Shown piece by piece: positions 57,498 through 64,000 of a stretch of 64,000 nt of DNA (position 1 is its first letter; the number at the start of each line of letters is the position of its first letter). The stretch is from the sequence record JN849462.1. One strand, 5' to 3'. Below the pieces are notes generated by a model. That model did not search any database and had not been told where the DNA came from. It saw nothing but the letters and a program-made list of their open reading frames with translations. The position numbers and the translations under genes were made by a program.

Positions 57498-60182
57498 TTA
57501 TTGCATTGCGTAATCAATCGCAGTGATTGTGTCTTCATAGAAACAAGCAACTTTGACTTCAGACACGATAGGCAAAGCCCACATTGTCTGGCTTTCAGTT
57601 ACAGATCCCTCATCACGATAGCGCAAGAACATCTTGGCGTGGTCTGATTTCCATCTGTAGAAGCTAACTGCGTTCGGTGTGTATGAACCAACGCCTTTTG
57701 CTGTTAAGCTACTTGGATCATCTTCAGGGTTGTAAACGCCGAAGTAGTTTTCATATTTGTCTTGGAACGCTTGATGTTGAGCATCTGTCCACGTATGCGG
57801 TAGAATGAATGCTTGCATCAGAATCCATTTTCCGTTAGCGGCTGGGAAGTTATCAACACGATCAATCGTTGCAAATGTTGAAGCATCTGTCCCGTCAGCT
57901 AATTTCAATGTGCTAAACGCATCAGCGCCATCTTTGACTCGACAACTAAAATGTAAATAACCCGCGTCTTTATCAATTGAGTTTACCCACAATGACAAGA
58001 AGTATGGTCTTGTCGGGTCAATATTGATTTCAGACATTTCAATCATTGATTGTGTGCCTGTAGAGCGTGTGAAACACTTCTCGCCATTCGAAAGAACATA
58101 ATTCCCCCAATGAACGTTATCTGTTTCTCTGACTGGCATATTGACATTCTCGTATAGATTCGAGTTCGAGTTGTATGCATTAAACCAGCTTGTGTCATTC
58201 ACTACGTTGCCTGATATTGGTGAATTTACAATATCTTGAGCAGCTAGACCATTTATATTCGAAATCAAATGAGGAGTTCCGCTAGGAACTGCAAACCCGC
58301 CTTTGTAAACGAGTGCATAATCGAAGTACTCTTGGTCAAGATCTGACCAAACGCCAAATGTAACTGCACCTGCTGGGACTTGAACAAAAAACTCTTGAGT
58401 TTCGAATAATTCCGATGACCCGAAGAAAATATTCTGCCTTGCAACTTCAGTGTTCACTGCATTGTACATTCTCAAGTTACACGACTTCGTACCGCCACCG
58501 ATAGCAGTAGTTCTATCAATACACGCTCTTACTTTGTAGATCAGGTATTGACCTTCAACAACACCGAAGTCAGATAGATTGTATCGAGTATCAACGGGTA
58601 CCGTATCACGTGCTAGAAGCGCGTTTCCGAATCCTGCTGAACCGATTCCATCTTTGTCTTCGAATGCAGTATCAACAATGCTGTCGCCGTCTGACGGGTG
58701 GTCGAATATACATCGATCATATACAATACCTAAATCAGCACGACCGAATGCTGCATAACTGTAGCTGTATTGGCTGAAGTACGAACTTCCTCTATACTCG
58801 ACGGGATTGTATTGATTAATTGCAGCATCAACCGCCACATCGCCGTACATCGAACCGTTCGATACGATGATGAATATTTCATTCGTCAGGTTATTCAACG
58901 CATTGACGAAGTTTCCGCGTTCAGTTGAACTACTCAAAAGATACTTGCTGCTTGTTTTCACTGTCAAATCATCATTCATAATCAGAAGACGAATTTGATA
59001 TGCTTGTTTAGTTTCGGGCGTGAATAGACTAACATCATTCAAATAACATGATGCTAGATTCGAACTACCGTTTGCAACACCAGTAGCAACTAGACGATAA
59101 TTGTTATTCGAGAACTCGCGAATGTGTCTAGCCGCAAGTTCATATTCACCTACTCGTGATCCTACAGGCGCATAGATCCACAATTCAGTTACATTGACTG
59201 TTTGTCCGGGACCTGGCGTAGAGCCGCCCGACGCAGCTTGCGCACCGATTGCATAATACCAGTTTGAGTGATTCACTGACCCATCAGCAAGTGAGTTTGA
59301 GCCTGTGTTGTACTCAATACCACCCCAATACTGAACGTCAGATTGGATTGAAATCGCTTCGTAGCCACGAACCCCACCAGTACGAGCATCATAATCCCCT
59401 GTGTAGTTTTTAATCAACGGAGCATCGGAAATCATGAAGTTAGTCAACCAACGTTTTCCAGTTGGTAGTTTAGCAACATCTGACGTATACCCACAATACC
59501 AGTACATATTACTTGTTGACAGAGTACTAGGCGTCGTGAAACGAGCATAATGACGCTTCCATAGAATCCCATCAACTATGCGTTCATTGCCTGCTGACTC
59601 AAACACATCACCCGGGATGTGACCTAGTGTATATGGGTTTGATGCACCGTCATACCAGCGAGAATGAAACAGAGCTGCGGTATCATGATCAGTATCGACT
59701 TCATATCCAACCCAACATGACATTGTGTATGTTCGATTCGGAAGAAGTCGAGTTTGTGGAACTGAAAATACAATTTGATCGAAGATCGCCGCAGTTGGCT
59801 GCTCGACAACGTATTTTGATGACCCTGGGTTTTCTTTTTCAACAACGACCCATGAGCCTGTTTTTGTCGTTTGTTCAGTAACAAATTGACCTCCAGCCAA
59901 GTTACCGTTTGTCAGATACTGACCTACGCCTTTCGCTGCGAAGTTGTTACTTTGTTTCCAAATATTCGTAATGCCGACTTCAGGGTAATGCAGCTTGAAT
60001 TGGAATTTACCGTCCTCACGACGAAATTCTTCAAGTGAGTTTAACGCACTGAATTTGGCTTCAATGTCGGGATCCGTCCCGACACTTCTAGCCTCAGCAT
60101 CGGAGGTGAAAAATACACCTCCTGTAGAATCATGGCGAAAGATTAGTAACCAATCGCCTTCACGTTTAAGTCTTTCGTACAT
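57498..60182 (-). CDS. 35: gp35 long-tail-fibre hinge, extended (894 aa)
   Basis: Central region resembles T4 gp35 (FVNALNNLTNEIFIIVSNG, AFEDKDGIGSAGF); follows gene 34. Confidence 0.7.
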   Translation of the reverse strand: MYERLKREGDWLLIFRHDSTGGVFFTSDAEARSVGTDPDIEAKFSALNSLEEFRREDGKFQFKLHYPEVGITNIWKQSNNFAAKGVGQYLTNGNLAGGQFVTEQTTKTGSWVVVEKENPGSSKYVVEQPTAAIFDQIVFSVPQTRLLPNRTYTMSCWVGYEVDTDHDTAALFHSRWYDGASNPYTLGHIPGDVFESAGNERIVDGILWKRHYARFTTPSTLSTSNMYWYCGYTSDVAKLPTGKRWLTNFMISDAPLIKNYTGDYDARTGGVRGYEAISIQSDVQYWGGIEYNTGSNSLADGSVNHSNWYYAIGAQAASGGSTPGPGQTVNVTELWIYAPVGSRVGEYELAARHIREFSNNNYRLVATGVANGSSNLASCYLNDVSLFTPETKQAYQIRLLIMNDDLTVKTSSKYLLSSSTERGNFVNALNNLTNEIFIIVSNGSMYGDVAVDAAINQYNPVEYRGSSYFSQYSYSYAAFGRADLGIVYDRCIFDHPSDGDSIVDTAFEDKDGIGSAGFGNALLARDTVPVDTRYNLSDFGVVEGQYLIYKVRACIDRTTAIGGGTKSCNLRMYNAVNTEVARQNIFFGSSELFETQEFFVQVPAGAVTFGVWSDLDQEYFDYALVYKGGFAVPSGTPHLISNINGLAAQDIVNSPISGNVVNDTSWFNAYNSNSNLYENVNMPVRETDNVHWGNYVLSNGEKCFTRSTGTQSMIEMSEINIDPTRPYFLSLWVNSIDKDAGYLHFSCRVKDGADAFSTLKLADGTDASTFATIDRVDNFPAANGKWILMQAFILPHTWTDAQHQAFQDKYENYFGVYNPEDDPSSLTAKGVGSYTPNAVSFYRWKSDHAKMFLRYRDEGSVTESQTMWALPIVSEVKVACFYEDTITAIDYAMQ

Positions 60183-60190
60183 AAGTCACC

Positions 60191-63100
60191 TTAAATTGCG
60201 TGACCGAATGTGAACTCCAGCACGCCTTGATTGTTTGTTGACATTCTTACAGAGCCAACTTGAATGTAGTCTCTGTATTTAACGTTGTCACCAGTACCGC
60301 CATCTGGCGTGAACAAGTCAATTCGCTCAGATAGAGTCTTACCTGCACCAGCCGATAGAGCTTGGTGTGGGTCTGAAGCATTCACTGGGTCTGCTGTACG
60401 TACATCACTTGTTACTTGAACAATACCCGGGTTCGTACGACTTGACTTGATTAGTCGGTCGTTCGAGATCGTACCGCTCGTGATGTTCTCACCTGAGTGA
60501 TTGTGACTATTGTCGTTAACTTGCACGTTTGTAGAAACGTTTCCGCTTCCGTCAATTGTGAAGTTACCAGTCAAGTCGCCAGTGAACGTCACTGTACGCG
60601 CTGTAACCCACTTCTCAGCCGCTTTTGCTACGTTATTGATACCCAAGTACTTCTGACGAAGTGTACCTGCTGCTGGGCTTGAATAAGTCCCGTATGTTGC
60701 ATCAACGTTTGCGCTTGATTCGTTTTCAGTAACTGTGCTACCGAAAGTCGCACCACTTGCTTGTGTAGTATAACCAGACGAATTAACTTGCCAGCGAACA
60801 AAATCAGCCGCGCCTTGAATCGAGAACGTAGCAGTTGATGAAGCACCGCTTCCCCCGACGCGAATGCGGGGAGCAGAATCAAACCAATCTAGCTTAACAA
60901 TATCACCAGTCGGTGCATTCTGTACTTGAAGCCAGCCACCTGCATTAATTTCGACGTTTTTAGCATTGAACGTATAAGTTCCGTTGATCGTTTGATTAAT
61001 ATCACGACGAGCAAACTGAGTACTGTCTAAACCATCTAGCAATTCTGAGTCATCAGCCTTTGCATTCAATGGCAAGTAGTTGCGCAATGCATAATGCAAG
61101 CTGTACGGCGTAACTGCATACGGTGTACGCAAGTAAGCTGTATATGCTTGAGTTGAACCGTCAGTGCTGTTACCAACGAATGTTTCTGCTGGCGTAGCTA
61201 GACGAACAACACCGAAGCGTGTTTCATCAGAACGTGAATTCGTAGAAGTACGAGTCCAACGAAGCAAGTCTTTTGGCGATACGTAAACTGGTGTGTTATC
61301 AACGCCACCGATTGTCGCAGTGTCAATTTCAGCATTTGTTGCACGACGTGCAAGACCGTATTGTGTTTCAGTGGCACGACGGCGATCAAGTGTCAATGGT
61401 GTGACAATTTTATCGGCTGCTGCTGCTGTGCCGTCCCAAGACGTACCGTTCCACGTTTGCTGAACTTTAGCTTCTGTTTCAGTCGCTGTTTCTAGAGTAC
61501 CGCGTTGCGTTGTTGTTGCAAGTGCGATTTCTAGATTGATGCCGTTCCAAATGTCACCTGTATGTGAGATACCCGATACGCCGTAACCGGCGCCTTGAGC
61601 AACCCCATCACTAGTAAAGTGATCGTATGCAAGCCATGTTGCAACTTTCAGAGGCGTAACGATACGTGTATCATCAGTCCCTGCGTCAACTTCTACTTGA
61701 GTTGCAATCTCAGCTACGCCTCGACGAGATTCAGTCGCTGTACGACTGTTTAATGTCTCGGGTGTAACGAAAACAGTTGTCCATGCTTCACCTGTTCCGC
61801 TGATTGCGTTTGTTTCAGCTTGGGTTGCCGAACGTGCAATACCGCGAATTGTAGAGCTTGCTTTCCACGCTGCTAATTTCTTAGGCGTGATGATTGCATC
61901 ATCAACTGTTGAGTCGTTTACACGAAGCTCAGTGCTCTTAGCAACCCATAGAGTACCCGGTTGGTTCTCAGTAGCTCGATATTCATCAAGCATTTTCGGA
62001 GTTACAATGCGAAGATGATCAGTTTTGTCATATACAGTATCAACAACACCGTTAACTGTTCTATCAGAACGCATATTTGCAGTAGAAGCTACTGTGCCAT
62101 TAGCGTTAATGTTGTTTGACGCCTTGACAAGTTCTGCAACGCCTGTTAAATTCTCTTCCGCTTGCGCAGCATGAAACTTCTTAGGCGTGATCACTTGCAC
62201 ATCGTTAGTTGTGCTACGTGTTTCAGTCTGTGTCGCAATTTCAACAACACCGCGACGTGTTTCAGTTGCTGTACGAGCGTTCAAGCTTCTCGGCGTGATC
62301 ATGATGTCATGACGGAATGCACTATCTGGGTAGCGAACTAACGCGCCAGAACGTGATTCTTCAAGTGCTTCATCAACACCAAGAGTCGCGATACGAGCCA
62401 TACCGACTTGATCTTCGGCTGCACGACGTGCATCTAAAGTTTCAACGGTAATTACGTGATCTTTCAACGGACTCTGATCAGCCCATGGTTTTGCAACATC
62501 TTCTGGATGTGCATATTCAATGCCGTGAGCTAGAGCCTCAGTTGGGTCAGCTAGTGGCACGATACCCGGACGTTTGCGGTGAAGTTCATCTGCAATGTCG
62601 ATACGAGTTGCAATGTTACCGAATGACCATACTTTACGAGTTCCGTCATAGTACAGTACGAATGAGTAACCGCTGTCATAGTCGCTAATATCGAACGATT
62701 CTACGAAGAATGGAACGAAATCGACGTAATGACGATATTTTTGATAACGGTAAGTCTCGAAGTCCAAGAATACTTTGTATTCATCTGGGCCGTGACCTGG
62801 GTCATCATCGCCAAAATTCGGGTGAACTTGAACTGTTACAGGTTTGTGCGCAGTCTTGTTGTGTGAAATCTCGATCCAGTCACCATCAACTGGTTTTTCT
62901 GGTAGCGTGATTGTCATTGCACTAACTGCATCAGCGATTTCAATCGCGTAACGAGTACGTGGTTTTAGCGTAACTGCACTTGATTCACCCACATAGTTCC
63001 ACAAATGCGGGTTGTTCGCAATAGTGACAACCCAAACGCCAGTGCCGTTGTCATCAATAAACGTGATGTCAGCTCCACCTATTGTGTCTAAGCTGATTAC

Positions 63101-63961
63101 TGCACTGCGATCACCTGAAACAGGGTCTTGAACAACCTGACCTACTGCTGTTGGTCGAACGCCGATTTGAATTGTCGTTTGACTTTCAAGATATGCAACA
63201 TCTTTAAGATGAATTGTATCGCCCACGTTCGGGTGTAGCGGTAGAGAGATCGCGATTGTTTTTACTGAACCTTCGTATGTGACAGTTTCACCTACGTTCG
63301 TAAAGTAACCACCAGTAGTTAGATAGCCACCTTGTTGACTTGGATGGCTGTCATCTAGGTACGTGTGGTATAGTTGCTGTTCAATTTGATACGTCCATGC
63401 AATCCCGTTGTACACAAGATAAATTGTACTGTTCGGGCGATTGAATGATAGACTTGCATCAGATTGAATTCCGCCATTAATGCCATACGACTGGATAGTT
63501 AGACCGCCTGCTGCTGCAATCGTACATGGGTAAGTCGATAGAATACCGCGCCCATCTTTGATTGTAACAGTATCGCCGGTTAATGGCGTTTCTGGTAGTG
63601 TAATTGTAATTGCTGAACTAGCTGTCAACAATAAGAAGTCACCTACGTTTGCACCAACTGAAGAATCTGTATCTTCCCACTCTGGGTCGGTACGCATCTT
63701 CTTCCACTTCTGTGGGTCAAATGGTTCGGGCGCGGTGATTTCAATGATGTTTTTGTAGAGACGTTGGTTAAATTCAACGATGAAATCTACTTTGTAGTGC
63801 GCTCGTGATGGATCATACTCTTGAACAGTGTTTTCATCAATGAAGTAGCCTTGGTTAATACCGTCGAGCAATTCATCTACTCGTGGGTTTGCTACGTTAA
63901 TTACATTTTGACCACTTGCATCAAGACCTGACGCACGAAATGCTCTGCGGAATTCCGACAT
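60191..63961 (-). CDS. 34: gp34 proximal long tail fibre
   Basis: RRAFRASGLDASGQNVINVA start and repeated ATETRRGVVEIAT-type units. Confidence 0.95.
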   Translation of the reverse strand: MSEFRRAFRASGLDASGQNVINVANPRVDELLDGINQGYFIDENTVQEYDPSRAHYKVDFIVEFNQRLYKNIIEITAPEPFDPQKWKKMRTDPEWEDTDSSVGANVGDFLLLTASSAITITLPETPLTGDTVTIKDGRGILSTYPCTIAAAGGLTIQSYGINGGIQSDASLSFNRPNSTIYLVYNGIAWTYQIEQQLYHTYLDDSHPSQQGGYLTTGGYFTNVGETVTYEGSVKTIAISLPLHPNVGDTIHLKDVAYLESQTTIQIGVRPTAVGQVVQDPVSGDRSAVISLDTIGGADITFIDDNGTGVWVVTIANNPHLWNYVGESSAVTLKPRTRYAIEIADAVSAMTITLPEKPVDGDWIEISHNKTAHKPVTVQVHPNFGDDDPGHGPDEYKVFLDFETYRYQKYRHYVDFVPFFVESFDISDYDSGYSFVLYYDGTRKVWSFGNIATRIDIADELHRKRPGIVPLADPTEALAHGIEYAHPEDVAKPWADQSPLKDHVITVETLDARRAAEDQVGMARIATLGVDEALEESRSGALVRYPDSAFRHDIMITPRSLNARTATETRRGVVEIATQTETRSTTNDVQVITPKKFHAAQAEENLTGVAELVKASNNINANGTVASTANMRSDRTVNGVVDTVYDKTDHLRIVTPKMLDEYRATENQPGTLWVAKSTELRVNDSTVDDAIITPKKLAAWKASSTIRGIARSATQAETNAISGTGEAWTTVFVTPETLNSRTATESRRGVAEIATQVEVDAGTDDTRIVTPLKVATWLAYDHFTSDGVAQGAGYGVSGISHTGDIWNGINLEIALATTTQRGTLETATETEAKVQQTWNGTSWDGTAAAADKIVTPLTLDRRRATETQYGLARRATNAEIDTATIGGVDNTPVYVSPKDLLRWTRTSTNSRSDETRFGVVRLATPAETFVGNSTDGSTQAYTAYLRTPYAVTPYSLHYALRNYLPLNAKADDSELLDGLDSTQFARRDINQTINGTYTFNAKNVEINAGGWLQVQNAPTGDIVKLDWFDSAPRIRVGGSGASSTATFSIQGAADFVRWQVNSSGYTTQASGATFGSTVTENESSANVDATYGTYSSPAAGTLRQKYLGINNVAKAAEKWVTARTVTFTGDLTGNFTIDGSGNVSTNVQVNDNSHNHSGENITSGTISNDRLIKSSRTNPGIVQVTSDVRTADPVNASDPHQALSAGAGKTLSERIDLFTPDGGTGDNVKYRDYIQVGSVRMSTNNQGVLEFTFGHAI

Positions 63962-64000
63962 TTCATTGCTCCTTTGTTTAGATATGCAATTCGCTATGTT

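Noticed and set aside
63700-63850. CBM-like module at the gp34 N-terminus as a novelty
   Set aside because: A similar segment is recalled in T4 gp34, so it is not specific to this phage.

Overview
A 64-kb segment of a large T4-like myophage (Straboviridae). It most resembles the Vibrio KVP40 group (Schizotequatrovirus), judged from recalled gene order and content: gp5 without lysozyme, two gp12 genes, and a CCA-adding enzyme after gene 23. No database search was run. Left to right: the start of the minus-strand tRNA cluster (1-1530); genes 57B, 57A, 1, 3, 29, 51/26, 54, 2, 4 (minus); baseplate genes 48, 53, 27, 5, 5.1, 5.4 (plus); an inserted minus-strand SPFH lipoprotein unit; the late virion module 25, 6-12, 12', wac, 13-23; an accessory region (CCA enzyme, foldon-repeat protein, Inh-like paralogues, probable internal proteins); uvsW, uvsY; and long-tail-fibre genes 35 and 34 (minus). 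Most notable observations: (1) four tRNA-shaped RNAs whose anticodon loop is replaced by the same 26-nt module (7-bp stem, GAYA loop, RTNCNGCA), co-transcribed with a tandem pseudoknot repeat showing six compensatory base-pair changes and two other structured RNAs; (2) a terminator/hairpin/9-bp-period CTAA array/promoter element present three times about 26-28 kb apart, a candidate origin or regulatory element; (3) a T-TTT-TTC -1 slippery site that could fuse gp26 to an unannotated gp51-like ORF just upstream of the tape-measure gene; (4) a gp57B/Acb1-like anti-CBASS enzyme; (5) an apparent 1-nt frameshift in gene 2. All functional interpretations are hypotheses from manual reading.
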